The notes: generated by a model not told the origin, from the sequence alone. Counted from the first letter of the stretch, positions 20,395 to 28,832 are shown. The stretch is DNA of 64,000 nucleotides from a virus (IMGVR_UViG_3300033121_001080:17520-81519); one strand, 5' to 3'. Made by a program: numbers and translations.

Positions 20395-20792
20395 GATTTT
20401 TTAACAATCTTTAAATATCCTCTACCACTACCTCTATTAGCTCCACCGTATGTTGATTGTAAAGAATCACAATTTGGACAAATTAATCGTAAATTACTTT
20501 CAATATTATTTTTCCAATTACCATCGATATGATCTGCTACTAATGGTACAAGTCCAGTATGTGAATTTATTACAGACCAATCACACAATGCACAATGATT
20601 ATTATATTTGAGTCGCAAATAATTTTTAATTTGTGGTGTTACAACTCCATTTGAATTTAATCCGCTTATTTTACCAAGTTTCCAATTAGATATGTATTTT
20701 TTATACCATTCATCTTTTGCCAACTGTCTACATTTATTAGAGCAATATTTATTGCGTTTACTACGGCCCTTGCATTGATCGCATATTTTCAT
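20385..20792 (-). CDS. HNH endonuclease
   Basis: 135 aa. CDQCKGR...HCALCDW...ADHIDGNWKNN...ICPNCD. Confidence 0.75.
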   Translation of the reverse strand: MKICDQCKGRSKRNKYCSNKCRQLAKDEWYKKYISNWKLGKISGLNSNGVVTPQIKNYLRLKYNNHCALCDWSVINSHTGLVPLVADHIDGNWKNNIESNLRLICPNCDSLQSTYGGANRGSGRGYLKIVKKSSS

Positions 20793-20912
20793 CTATCTAC
20801 CCATTCTTGAGTATGATTTGAATAAAAATGTAATACTTGCATCGCATCGCAGTTTGGATTTTCGCAACAACGTACTAACGGCCCAAACCGCTTCCATTTA
20901 TGATACCCTATT

Positions 20913-21131
20913 TTACATGACAATTTCGTCAAAATACGCTTTATTGTTTTCACGTAAATACCCACTTCCTGTACAATTTGAACATTTTTTATCTTCCCGC
21001 CATTCTATCGATGGGAATGTTCCATACTCAATTATTCCATCGGTTGTAACATTAAGAACTGGCATATTATAAGATGGGAGAGTTTTTCGGCCCTCCCCCT
21101 TACATCTAGGACACAGCTTTACTATCATCAT
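20913..21131 (-). CDS. hypothetical Zn-ribbon protein
   Basis: 72 aa. CPRCKGEG...CSNCTGSG. Confidence 0.4.
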   Translation of the reverse strand: MMIVKLCPRCKGEGRKTLPSYNMPVLNVTTDGIIEYGTFPSIEWREDKKCSNCTGSGYLRENNKAYFDEIVM

Positions 21132-21795
21132 TTTCTAGTTCCGATTTCGGTGGAAGAAACTCTGTCTCATTAATATCAAGAATTCTGACATTATTCCACT
21201 TGACCGATCTGTGCATGTGGCCGCAGTACAGTCTAGGACGGCCTAGATTGTTCCACAGATGCTCTATACGCTGCGCTGAAACGTCTTCCCAGTCTCGGGG
21301 CAGACTCCAGCTTTCGCGCCGTATAGGGGTAAAGTTGTAGTCTATTGCAATTTTTGGTGGTGCATGAGTAACCAAAATATCAATTTTTTTGCCGCAATTC
21401 AACAATTTATTGACATCTTCCTCTGTCACTCGTTCATCTGGAAACCAGTCAATTTCCTTTGTTCTCCAGTACCGATCTACAGACTCACCACCACCAATAA
21501 ATCCAATTGTCCATCCATCAATTTCCATGACCGTTCCTCTCGGTACATAGAATAGATTTGGCTTTATTTCCTTTATTTCAGTAACACCACGAATCAATGG
21601 AAAATGTTCATGATTTCCATCAATAAAATAAACCGGATTCGGAAAATTCTGTGGAAAGTACTGAATGTTTTGAGGATACCACCCAAAATCTCCAACCTGA
21701 ATAAATGTCATGTCGGACGGAAGTTCCACTCTTTTTGGTAGTTTCTCGAAAAATTCAAACTCTCCGTGAATATCTCCGACAAAACAGATGCTCAT
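21106..21795 (-). CDS. calcineurin-like metallophosphoesterase (Ser/Thr phosphatase / 2',3'-cyclic phosphodiesterase-type)
   Basis: 229 aa. Motifs GDIHGEF, VGDFG, GNHEHF, and a second His pair (HAPP, GHMH). Confidence 0.75.
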   Translation of the reverse strand: MSICFVGDIHGEFEFFEKLPKRVELPSDMTFIQVGDFGWYPQNIQYFPQNFPNPVYFIDGNHEHFPLIRGVTEIKEIKPNLFYVPRGTVMEIDGWTIGFIGGGESVDRYWRTKEIDWFPDERVTEEDVNKLLNCGKKIDILVTHAPPKIAIDYNFTPIRRESWSLPRDWEDVSAQRIEHLWNNLGRPRLYCGHMHRSVKWNNVRILDINETEFLPPKSELENDDSKAVS

Positions 21796-21796
21796 A

Positions 21797-22003
21797 TTAT
21801 CTCACTTTATTATAACGTTCTCTTGCTCTAGCTTTTGCAATTCCTATTGATTGCCACTTTCGATTACATGTTTCACAACCACGCCCATTATTACAGGTAG
21901 GTGGTTGTGAAGCATCGTATTTATCTGCATCCCTGCATTTAATCATACTAACCTCCTTTGTGGCCGTCATTCTTATCCAATGTCTTTTTGAATAACTGAC
22001 CAC
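21797..22003 (-). CDS. small Cys-rich protein
   Basis: 68 aa. CNNGRGCETCNRKW. Overlaps the downstream ligase gene start, so the true start may be the internal Met. Confidence 0.35.
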   Translation of the reverse strand: MVSYSKRHWIRMTATKEVSMIKCRDADKYDASQPPTCNNGRGCETCNRKWQSIGIAKARARERYNKVR

Positions 22004-22481
22004 TTGCTACGTGAAATACAACTACACCTTCTGGCTGCATGAAACCGGGAGCAGCCTTACTACCATTCTGCTTCAAATCTGCAAGAGCAGCATCGACAGC
22101 AGCAGTATCAAACATACCTGTGTACAGGGTAGGAACAATTCCGCAGCAGGCAGGACGAACGTCATCTGTCCAGCGGCTAACGTTGAAGAGACTGAAACGC
22201 TTCTCTGTCAATCCATATCGACGCTGAATACCTGCGCCCCACCACTCTCCGAAATGCTGACCGAATCCAAGACCTGTACGAAGTTCATCTTCGTGTTCCT
22301 TGACCCAACGCGCAAATCCAAAATTATCGTCTTCTGGAGTGATCCAACGCGAACGAGAACCGGCCAATACCTGACCATCGTCAGTAACGTAGACCTGAGC
22401 GTTTGTGCCGTCAAGCTTTTCAGTGACGATCATTTCACGCGAAAGACGAAAGATTTTTGGAAACTCCTGAAATTCGATCAT
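21948..22481 (-). CDS. ATP-dependent RNA/DNA ligase-like nucleotidyltransferase (minimal KxDG domain)
   Basis: 177 aa. Motif I EKLDGTN, motif V PEGVVVFH, then KKTL. Visibly higher GC than its surroundings. Confidence 0.5.
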   Translation of the reverse strand: MIEFQEFPKIFRLSREMIVTEKLDGTNAQVYVTDDGQVLAGSRSRWITPEDDNFGFARWVKEHEDELRTGLGFGQHFGEWWGAGIQRRYGLTEKRFSLFNVSRWTDDVRPACCGIVPTLYTGMFDTAAVDAALADLKQNGSKAAPGFMQPEGVVVFHVASGQLFKKTLDKNDGHKGG

Positions 22482-22510
22482 ATAAACCTCTTGTAAAAAC
22501 TGTATACAAT

Positions 22511-22540
22511 AGTATACTCTATCTATGTTTGTTTGTCAAG
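22511..22540 (-). promoter_or_regulatory. sigma70-like promoter (minus strand) TTGACA-N17-TATACT
   Basis: Reverse complement reads TTGACAaacaaacatagatagagTATACT. Fires into the ligase/phosphoesterase genes. The -35 abuts the tRNA-Thr 3' end. Confidence 0.55.
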
Positions 22541-22611
22541 CCCTCACCGAGAATTGAACTCGATTTTCAACTTTACCAAAGTTGTGTAATGACCATTATA
22601 CTATGAAGGCA
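22540..22611 (-). tRNA. tRNA-Thr (anticodon GGT)
   Basis: Acceptor GCCTTCA/TGAGGGC (one G-U pair). Anticodon stem CAACT/AGTTG, loop TTGGTAA. T-loop TTCAATT. Confidence 0.75.
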
Positions 22612-22616
22612 GTTAA

Positions 22617-22658
22617 TAAAAAAGCAGGACAGCAGGATATTATCCCACTTGTCCTGCC
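22617..22658 (-). terminator. rho-independent terminator (minus strand)
   Basis: 8-bp stem GCAGGACA...TGTCCTGC, with TTTTTTATT on the transcribed strand. Lies downstream of gene 22699..22950. Confidence 0.6.
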
Positions 22659-22698
22659 TGCGTACCTACGAAATTTTTAACCTATATATGCTTTTCGG

Positions 22699-22950
22699 TC
22701 ATTTTATTTTTCTCTTACTTAAGTGATCTTTTAAAGATGTACGGCTTACTTCAGTTAAATTATATTCTACAATTTCTAAATCATCTGGCGCTGGTCGTGA
22801 TGGATAGTTCCATCGCATTGCAGCTTTTACAGATATAGTAATATCTGATGTTCGAGAAAAAAGTCTATCTGCTTTTCTAAACATGTGTTGCGAATCGACT
22901 GGATCGCCATCTTTATTTAGAATTTTAAATACAGTAGTTTTGTTTTTCAT
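22699..22950 (-). CDS. hypothetical protein
   Basis: 83 aa. Confidence 0.45.
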   Translation of the reverse strand: MKNKTTVFKILNKDGDPVDSQHMFRKADRLFSRTSDITISVKAAMRWNYPSRPAPDDLEIVEYNLTEVSRTSLKDHLSKRKIK

Positions 22951-22977
22951 ATGACCTTTTTAAGTTTGAAGTAACAT

Positions 22978-23040
22978 TGTTGGGATGTGGGTTGTCCATT
23001 TCGGAATCTCATTTGCCCGAACAGCATTACTTCAATTTAT
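22978..23040. repeat. GGGAT-N5-TTGCCC double-box repeat element, copy B
   Basis: tgtTGGGATgtgggTTGTCCatttcGGAATctcatTTGCCCgaacagcattacttcaa. Confidence 0.55.
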
Positions 23041-23851
23041 GGTAGCACATTCTTAGACATTTACGATATTCGGTCCAAGAATATCCTTTAAGCTTTTGAT
23101 TTTTGGAATCCCATATTCTACGACAGATTGTAGATCTAAAATATGACGGATATCCATGTTCATACAGACCCAACAGTTTCTCATATTCTTTTCGAGAAGT
23201 AGCAGTTTTTGCTGCTTCATATGGAATCATTATGATCTTATCGTAATTTTTTCCATTACCTAAAAATCTTTTGTGTTCTGGAGAGAGAGAACTATACGGC
23301 AACTTTTGTTGTATTTCCGCAATCTCTGGAATCTCCGATATCTTTTTATTTGGAAATCTAAGTTTATCCGTTCTTCTATAGAACTGAATTCTATCGTGCA
23401 ACGTTGCAACTCTAGGAGCAGCTTTGCGAGGCGCTGCTAAATGTTTTTTTCCTTCGTTAGCAATCTTCCAAATTACCATTACATCATTCTTGTCAGTCTT
23501 GACAATTTTCTTTTCGCTACGATTTCTAATACTGGCAGTTGATCTAGGAGCCACTGTTTTAAGAACATGTCCGTCATCTTCTGCGCGTTTAATCATTTCA
23601 TTCTTCGTGTTTGCGAAATATGATTCAAACGTTGATTCAATTACTATTCTATACTTTTCTGTAGCTTCATGTTGCTTCAGATAATCAAACAACTCAATTA
23701 AATTGTTAAATGGTCTGCTTCGTTTTCTAGTGTTCTTGAGTGGAGCAAACAGTGTAGTACCATCTTTGGTCACTGTAAGTTTCTTACCCCAATCTACTGC
23801 GAGTAACGGATATTTAGACGCATGTTTTGGCCAATTTAATTGCTTTGTCAT
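23027..23851 (-). CDS. hypothetical basic protein
   Basis: 274 aa, Lys/Arg-rich. Bracketed by the repeat elements (copy B on the 3' side, copies C, D and E on the 5' side). Confidence 0.5.
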   Translation of the reverse strand: MTKQLNWPKHASKYPLLAVDWGKKLTVTKDGTTLFAPLKNTRKRSRPFNNLIELFDYLKQHEATEKYRIVIESTFESYFANTKNEMIKRAEDDGHVLKTVAPRSTASIRNRSEKKIVKTDKNDVMVIWKIANEGKKHLAAPRKAAPRVATLHDRIQFYRRTDKLRFPNKKISEIPEIAEIQQKLPYSSLSPEHKRFLGNGKNYDKIIMIPYEAAKTATSRKEYEKLLGLYEHGYPSYFRSTICRRIWDSKNQKLKGYSWTEYRKCLRMCYHKLK

Positions 23852-23899
23852 TATGTTAACCTTTAATTAGTAATTAGTAATTAGATAACCAATGAATAA

Positions 23900-23950
23900 G
23901 ATGGGATCACTTTTGCCCATTTCGGGATGGCAGTTGCCCTAAATTACACA
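23900..23950. repeat. GGGAT-N5-TTGCCC double-box repeat element, copy C
   Basis: gatGGGATcacttTTGCCCatttcGGGATggcagTTGCCCtaaat. Confidence 0.6.
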
Positions 23951-23972
23951 TTGGTATTTGGGTGAATAGTTG

Positions 23973-24017
23973 AGTTGGGACGACAGTTGCCCATTGCGGG
24001 ATCACCCTTGCCCGAAA
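23973..24017. repeat. GGGAT-N5-TTGCCC double-box repeat element, copy D
   Basis: gtTGGGACgacagTTGCCCattgcGGGATcacccTTGCCCgaaaa. Confidence 0.6.
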
Positions 24018-24043
24018 ACAACTATTCAATGTAACAGTAACTA

Positions 24044-24104
24044 AAGTTGGGATGAGGCTTGCCCTTTACGGGATCATAATTGCCCGAAAATTAGTTACTT
24101 TAAG
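24044..24104. repeat. GGGAT-N5-TTGCCC double-box repeat element, copy E
   Basis: agtTGGGATgaggcTTGCCCtttacGGGATcataaTTGCCCgaaaattagttactttaag. Directly 3' of tRNA-Met. Confidence 0.6.
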
Positions 24105-24105
24105 T

Positions 24106-24176
24106 AGCGGAGGACGGACTTGCACCGCCGATTTCAACATTATGAGAGTTGCGAGATGCTTCTTCTCTACTCCGCG
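24106..24176 (-). tRNA. tRNA-Met/Ile2-type (anticodon CAT), C1xU72 mismatch
   Basis: Acceptor CGCGGAG/CUCCGCU with an unpaired 1-72 pair. D-stem GAGA/TCTC. Anticodon loop CTCATAA. T-arm GGCGG-TGCAAGT-CCGTC. Confidence 0.65.
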
Positions 24177-24194
24177 ATGGAATTCTTATATTTA

Positions 24195-24271
24195 TAGCAG
24201 AGGATGGATTCGAACCACCGATTTCCACGTTATGAGCGTAGCGAGATTATTGACCACTTCTCTACTCTGCG
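24195..24271 (-). tRNA. tRNA-Met/Ile2-type (anticodon CAT), second copy
   Basis: Acceptor CGCAGAG/CTCTGCT. Anticodon stem CTACG/CGTGG, loop CTCATAA. T-loop TTCGAAT. Confidence 0.7.
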
Positions 24272-24382
24272 ACGAAGTTTGCGGTTCCGACATTCTTTAC
24301 GGGCAGAGCTTCTTGGAGTCGTTGCCTCGGTACTCCCGCAGGGAGTGGTATATCGTCACGTTAATGGGACGAGTCTACCATT

Positions 24383-24745
24383 TTATAGCTTAAATATTTT
24401 ACAACTACTAAAACTTAAAACATAATTGTGTTTAGAAATCCTCATACTCTTTACTTCATTTTCATCAACTGCATAGACATAATATATAGTTTCATTACTA
24501 TCACCATTATGGCCATCTTCCCATTCATGTATAACTTTGAATAAGGACTTTTTCTTTTCCAAAGCTTCTGCTACTATCATCTCAGCTTCTAACTTCTGTC
24601 CCAATTCAATTGATTCTTGAATTGATACTTTCAGTTTTTCTATTCTATTTCGCAGTTCTTCCGAACCAGTGCGTGGAGTTGGAATTTTTTCCCATTCCGT
24701 AAAAAATGGATCACGTTCATCAAACAAATTATATGGTAATTTCAT
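24383..24745 (-). CDS. hypothetical protein
   Basis: 120 aa. Confidence 0.45.
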   Translation of the reverse strand: MKLPYNLFDERDPFFTEWEKIPTPRTGSEELRNRIEKLKVSIQESIELGQKLEAEMIVAEALEKKKSLFKVIHEWEDGHNGDSNETIYYVYAVDENEVKSMRISKHNYVLSFSSCKIFKL

Positions 24746-24954
24746 TAGGAACCGTAAAATCCTAGATAATTGTAGGCTTTGTATTCTGTGGCGTAGTCAA
24801 GATCAAATTCTTTGATTCGATACAAGAAATACCATCCATGTTCTGTTTCTATCTGACGCCAACCATTATCATGACGCCAAACCCATACTTGATGATATTT
24901 TCTATTCTTATAAAATTCTGTCATAGTATTGCTTCGTGTGGGGTCGAACCACAA
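24745..24954 (-). CDS. hypothetical protein
   Basis: 69 aa, Trp/Tyr-rich. Confidence 0.35.
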   Translation of the reverse strand: MWFDPTRSNTMTEFYKNRKYHQVWVWRHDNGWRQIETEHGWYFLYRIKEFDLDYATEYKAYNYLGFYGS

Positions 24955-24999
24955 TTTACGCTTTCAGAGAGCGGTGTCCTGCCATTAGACGATGAAGCA
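24929..24999 (-). tRNA. tRNA-Gln (anticodon CTG)
   Basis: U1-A72 acceptor TGCTTCA/CGAAGCA. Anticodon stem CGCT/AGCG, loop CTCTGAA. T-arm TGTGG-TTCGACC-CCACA. Confidence 0.65.
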
Positions 25000-25039
25000 G
25001 TTAGTAGGGCTGAGAATATACCCGTGGTGATTGATCTTT

Positions 25040-25960
25040 AAGAAGATTATCTAACCAGACTCCAAAGTCTAGTCGTTCCTCCAATTTCCACTCTCGCAAG
25101 AGAGTAATCAACCATAGCGGCGTTTTTTAAAGTCTCTGCATTGAGACTGTCGCGTCATGCTACTCAACCTTCGATCTACCGTTGACCTTGCGGGCCATAC
25201 ATGGTGCTACCCATTACGTGCGACCTCCGATTAAAGATCCTAGACCTTGGGAGTTTTGGATCTGCTATATTCACCTTGCGGTGTACAGCTTTTCGCTACT
25301 TTCACATCACGCCGAGAGCGTCTTTCCGTTTTTTATATATGGGATTTGAACCCACAATTCGATAGTTTTCAAGACTATTGCCTTTACCAATTTGGCTAAT
25401 ATACCTCTGAAGAAGTGCGCTCTCAGTTGTTCCAATATCTTTTGGATATCGAAATGCAACACTCCTCGTTTGAATTTCCCTTGCGAGTACTCTTCGGTTT
25501 TTCATGACCAATGCGTTTTTAAGGCGCACCAACCAATCAAACTCCCACGCAGCCCTTATCTGCAAAAACTCGAACCGTGTGATTATCGCTTGTCTATACT
25601 CTGTCGAATGTTGGTTTAATTGGAGCCCAGCACCACCTGTCAGTCTTCTATAGCCTGTTTTCCTTACGGAACATCGACTACAGTTTTTTCCAATTACACT
25701 CTTCCAATCTATCGCCATGTTGTGCATGACGCTTTTCTCTTTCGAGAAAACAGACTGCGACTTGCTTGGTTTCTCCTCCCTTGTAAGGGGGGCGGGATAG
25801 GTGTAGGCCCATTCCCTTTTATGCATATTGCTATGCATTGTGCAGTCCAAGCACTGTTTACATCCTATTTCAAAGAGCATGATGGGCAGTCGTTGTTTTG
25901 GCCACCCATCATTTGTTCTTACAAGCTACTATACTTACTGGATTCTGTCAAGTCCTGCAA
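25040..25960. other. ~0.9-kb GC-richer region without a convincing ORF; contains a tRNA-like T-arm (25322-25398) and may encode structured RNA
   Basis: Only odd-composition ORFs overlap it (a 192-aa Arg/Cys/Trp-rich frame). Inverted-repeat and GC-rich hairpin runs, e.g. GTAAGGGGGGCGGGATAGG. Lies between tRNA-Gln and the PEP-CTERM gene. Confidence 0.3.
25322..25398 (-). tRNA. tRNA-like element (aberrant acceptor; anticodon-arm ATAGT-CTTGAAA-ACTAT would read UGA)
   Basis: T-arm GTGGG-TTCAAAT-CCCAT and a D-arm-like GCC...GGC. The acceptor strands do not pair cleanly. Confidence 0.3.
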
Positions 25961-25961
25961 T

Positions 25962-26717
25962 CTATGCAGATGCTAACTGCTTGCGACGTTTGAAGAATCC
26001 CATTCCGCCCATACTAACTAAACCAGTTGCGATCAATGACATACTAGCTGGTTCTGGTGTTACGGTGGTACAATTTGCGACACGATCTGTACCGGGAATG
26101 TTACCTGTCCAACACTCAGTTGCTTTTCCATCTATTCCATTGATACCACGAAGTACGATATCCGATGAATCTGGATTCCACGCGCCACTGATCTTGAACT
26201 TGAACGTGACCCAATCTGCGTTATTTGTACTTAATGCTGTACATGGGTTGACATATAATGGGACTGAAGGAAGCTGTCCCGGTTCTGCACACCCACTTGC
26301 TATGCCGTAAGTAGGATTCTTTGATCCGAGAGTCTGAACTCTAAAATCTACACCAAATCCAACTCTAGCATTATTTGCTAATCGCCAAGCATTTGCTCCC
26401 TGTCCTACCAATGGACCACTTGTAGACAATGATCCAAGAACAACGCTTGTTCCACTAGTATTGTAAAATCCGATGCCATTAAAAATTGTTCCGGCATACG
26501 TACTAGTACCATCTGATGCTGCTGTATTACCTGACAGGTTCCACAATCTAACAATTACGTCCTGTCCTGTAACATTAATTGAAACTGCTGCACAGGTGGA
26601 GAATGTATCTCCACCACAAACTTTGTAGTTTTTGAACCCATCGGCTCTCGCCACTGATGGTAAAACTGCCAACATTCCTAAAACCGACGCGAACCTAGCA
26701 ACCTTTGTGTATTTCAT
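25962..26717 (-). CDS. secreted PEP-CTERM-anchored protein
   Basis: 251 aa. N-terminal signal MKYTKVARFASVLGMLAVLPSVARA. C-terminal VTPEPASMSLIATGLVSMGGMGFFKRRKQLASA, i.e. PEP + TM helix + basic tail. GC visibly above background. Confidence 0.7.
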   Translation of the reverse strand: MKYTKVARFASVLGMLAVLPSVARADGFKNYKVCGGDTFSTCAAVSINVTGQDVIVRLWNLSGNTAASDGTSTYAGTIFNGIGFYNTSGTSVVLGSLSTSGPLVGQGANAWRLANNARVGFGVDFRVQTLGSKNPTYGIASGCAEPGQLPSVPLYVNPCTALSTNNADWVTFKFKISGAWNPDSSDIVLRGINGIDGKATECWTGNIPGTDRVANCTTVTPEPASMSLIATGLVSMGGMGFFKRRKQLASA

Positions 26718-26914
26718 TTTGAACTCTTTTCTAACGTGGCGTCTGTTATTAGACGCACATTCAAGCTAACTACTTTCCTCCCTGTTGTCTATCCCTAATG
26801 GGATGTAGTCCTGTCGATTTTGCTTCAGGCTCTGATAGAGTCCACCATACATCAATTAAATCACAATTTTATTTTGAGATTGCGAATCTCGCTATTGTGT
26901 TAATTTTACTTTAA

Positions 26915-26987
26915 TACCGCCACGGAGAATTGAACTCCGGTTTTTAGGATGAAAGCCTAACGTCCTCGACCACTAGACGATGGCGGC
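26915..26987 (-). tRNA. tRNA-Glu (anticodon TTC)
   Basis: Acceptor GCCGCCA/TGGCGGT. Anticodon stem TTAGG/CCTAA, loop CTTTCAT. T-arm CGGAG-TTCAATT-CTCCG. Confidence 0.8.
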
Positions 26988-27176
26988 ATGTGTGACATTT
27001 TTATCCGAAATTTATGCATAGGGCTGATTTTGGCAAAACGCCTCGGACGGTCTGTAAATTATTTGTGTTAGCCGGTGCCTTCCGTCAAACTAATTTACAG
27101 TTTAACCCTTAAAAGGTTAGTTTAAACTAACATCACAAATATAAGGGCATCGTATTTAAGGTCACGAACCGATTGC

Positions 27177-27461
27177 TTACCGAAGCGCCTCGGTAAACAC
27201 TCCACGATCAAAGTCTTGACTCAAAAGAATTACATTTTTGAAATCATATTCATTGATCTTCGAATCAAATCCAGTAAACTCTAAAAATGCATCACATTCC
27301 TGTTTACTGAATCCATCATATCGTCCATTCGCAAAAATGAATGACGCGCCGACATGATTTTGTCCAAGTGTATATACTTCGTAACAAACTCCTCTAGTAC
27401 CAGCTTCGTTGCCAAGGCAAGGTACTTTGAGTTTTACTGTAGTTCCGACTACTGCGTACAT
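27177..27461 (-). CDS. hypothetical protein
   Basis: 94 aa. GC-richer codon usage. Confidence 0.45.
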   Translation of the reverse strand: MYAVVGTTVKLKVPCLGNEAGTRGVCYEVYTLGQNHVGASFIFANGRYDGFSKQECDAFLEFTGFDSKINEYDFKNVILLSQDFDRGVFTEALR

Positions 27462-27479
27462 AAAACCTCGTTTGTTAAG

Positions 27480-27553
27480 TGCGTCGTCTGAGACTCGAAC
27501 TCAGAACCTGACGGTTAAAAGCCGCCTGCTCTAACCAATTGAGCTAACAACGC
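27480..27553 (-). tRNA. tRNA-Lys (anticodon TTT)
   Basis: Acceptor GCGTTGT/ACGACGC. Anticodon stem GGCGG/CCGTC, loop CTTTTAA. T-arm CTGAG-TTCGAGT-CTCAG. Confidence 0.8.
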
Positions 27554-27691
27554 ATGATGTGTTGAGTATCTATTTTAATAGCTAAATTAACTAGTATATT
27601 CGCTATTCGTTAGTCTAGTATGGTCCTATCTATATATCGATTTCTATAGATAATAGATTAAGGGAACATCTTGCCATCCTCAACACACTTC

Positions 27692-27720
27692 AATCTACAT
27701 AAGTCATTGCTTCTTGTCAA
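27692..27720 (-). promoter_or_regulatory. sigma70-like promoter (minus strand) TTGACA-N17-TAGATT
   Basis: Reverse complement reads TTGACAagaagcaatgacttatgTAGATT. Sits upstream of tRNA-Lys. Confidence 0.6.
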
Positions 27721-27723
27721 GGG

Positions 27724-28329
27724 CTACATTCCTGCTTCGAGATCATGGAACTGATTTGAACATTGCCACATTGCAATACCAGCAGCCGCAGCTACATTAA
27801 ATGATCGCAACACTCCAAACTGATAAATAGATACAGTAAAATACTTCTTTCTAAATGACTCGGGGAATCCATTTGATTCATTACCAAAAACTAAACAAAG
27901 TGTCTTTCCAGCCGGAGCTAATTTAGTCCATCGAATAGAATCAATAAAGTTTCCGCCATGTTCAAGCAAAACTGGATAGAGATTTTCCTTCTCACAAAAC
28001 TCTACGAACTTATCATGATCGACATTACCGTCTGCATCCAATCCTTCAACACGTTCAATTGGAAGATAGTTCTGTGCGCCAACAAGGCTTCGACGATCAA
28101 TCTTACGACGACCGAATACATAGAACTTTTCTACTCCAAGAAGTGCGGCTGAACGGGCCATCATACCAACGTTCAAGTCACCTTCAACATTCAAGGCACA
28201 CACACGAAAAGGAAGTGCATGGCTTTCCTGAATCTTCTTCAATTCCTCAACGGACAAATGCTTATATTCGTCCTTGACATTGAAGTTATTTGAATTCTCT
28301 TCGAAAACGTCCTTAAACATTGAAGTCAA
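27724..28329 (-). CDS. SpoU/TrmH-family RNA 2'-O-methyltransferase (SPOUT)
   Basis: 201 aa. Motif 1 NVGMMARSAALLG, motif 2 LVFGNESNGF, motif 3 LRSFNVAAAAGIAMWQ. Confidence 0.75.
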   Translation of the reverse strand: MTSMFKDVFEENSNNFNVKDEYKHLSVEELKKIQESHALPFRVCALNVEGDLNVGMMARSAALLGVEKFYVFGRRKIDRRSLVGAQNYLPIERVEGLDADGNVDHDKFVEFCEKENLYPVLLEHGGNFIDSIRWTKLAPAGKTLCLVFGNESNGFPESFRKKYFTVSIYQFGVLRSFNVAAAAGIAMWQCSNQFHDLEAGM

Positions 28330-28371
28330 CTCCGTTGAAGTTGACTCAATATACTCAGTTTTTTTCTGGTG

Positions 28372-28680
28372 TCAAGGGGTATCTAGTTCTGACACCGGCC
28401 CGTTTTCAATAAATTTTAGTTCTTCATACGGTGTTACTGCTGCTCTGTAAAATTCAAGCTTTGCACATTCAAGAACTCCGACAATTCCGTTATAATCCGA
28501 ATAACTTGGTGGTCGTCTTACTGATATCGGATCATCAGGAGTTTCATTCTTTTTAAGAATAACTTGATGACATAATCTGGTGATTACGTAATTTAATTCA
28601 CCGGGAGTCAATACTTTACCTGCGAGTTCGTCAATCTGTCTATTGATTTGTTCGCGCACTGCTTGTTTTATATATGGCAT
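28372..28680 (-). CDS. hypothetical protein
   Basis: 102 aa. Confidence 0.45.
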   Translation of the reverse strand: MPYIKQAVREQINRQIDELAGKVLTPGELNYVITRLCHQVILKKNETPDDPISVRRPPSYSDYNGIVGVLECAKLEFYRAAVTPYEELKFIENGPVSELDTP

Positions 28681-28761
28681 AACAACCTTTCAAATTTTAT
28701 ACCTTCGGGACATGCTACGAATGTACGAATTTCATAGTATAGGACTACCGAAGGAATTGAG

Positions 28762-28832
28762 TTGGTTCCGGTGGGGTCGAACCACCATTCTAGGGTCCAA
28801 AGCCCTATGTCCTGCCATTGGACGAGGAACCA
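28762..28832 (-). tRNA. tRNA-Gln (anticodon TTG)
   Basis: U1-A72 acceptor TGGTTCC/GGAACCA. D-stem GTCC/GGAC. Anticodon stem TAGGG/CCCTA, loop CTTTGGA. T-arm GGTGG-TTCGACC-CCACC. Confidence 0.8.

Noticed and set aside
23891-24104. Possible CRISPR array (three ~45-bp repeats with ~25-bp spacers)
   Set aside because: Repeats are only ~75% identical and are themselves internally bipartite. The same element occurs singly at three distant sites, and no cas genes or leader are present. Classified as a regulatory/processing repeat family.
24052-24425. Plus-strand ORFs 24052-24393 and 24204-24425
   Set aside because: They overlap two well-folding minus-strand tRNA-Met genes and repeat copy E. They are artefacts of the tRNA sequence.
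25302-25880. 192-aa minus-strand ORF in the GC-rich block
   Set aside because: Arg/Cys/Trp-rich nonsense-like composition. It overlaps a tRNA-like element and has no RBS. Treated as non-coding (see finding).
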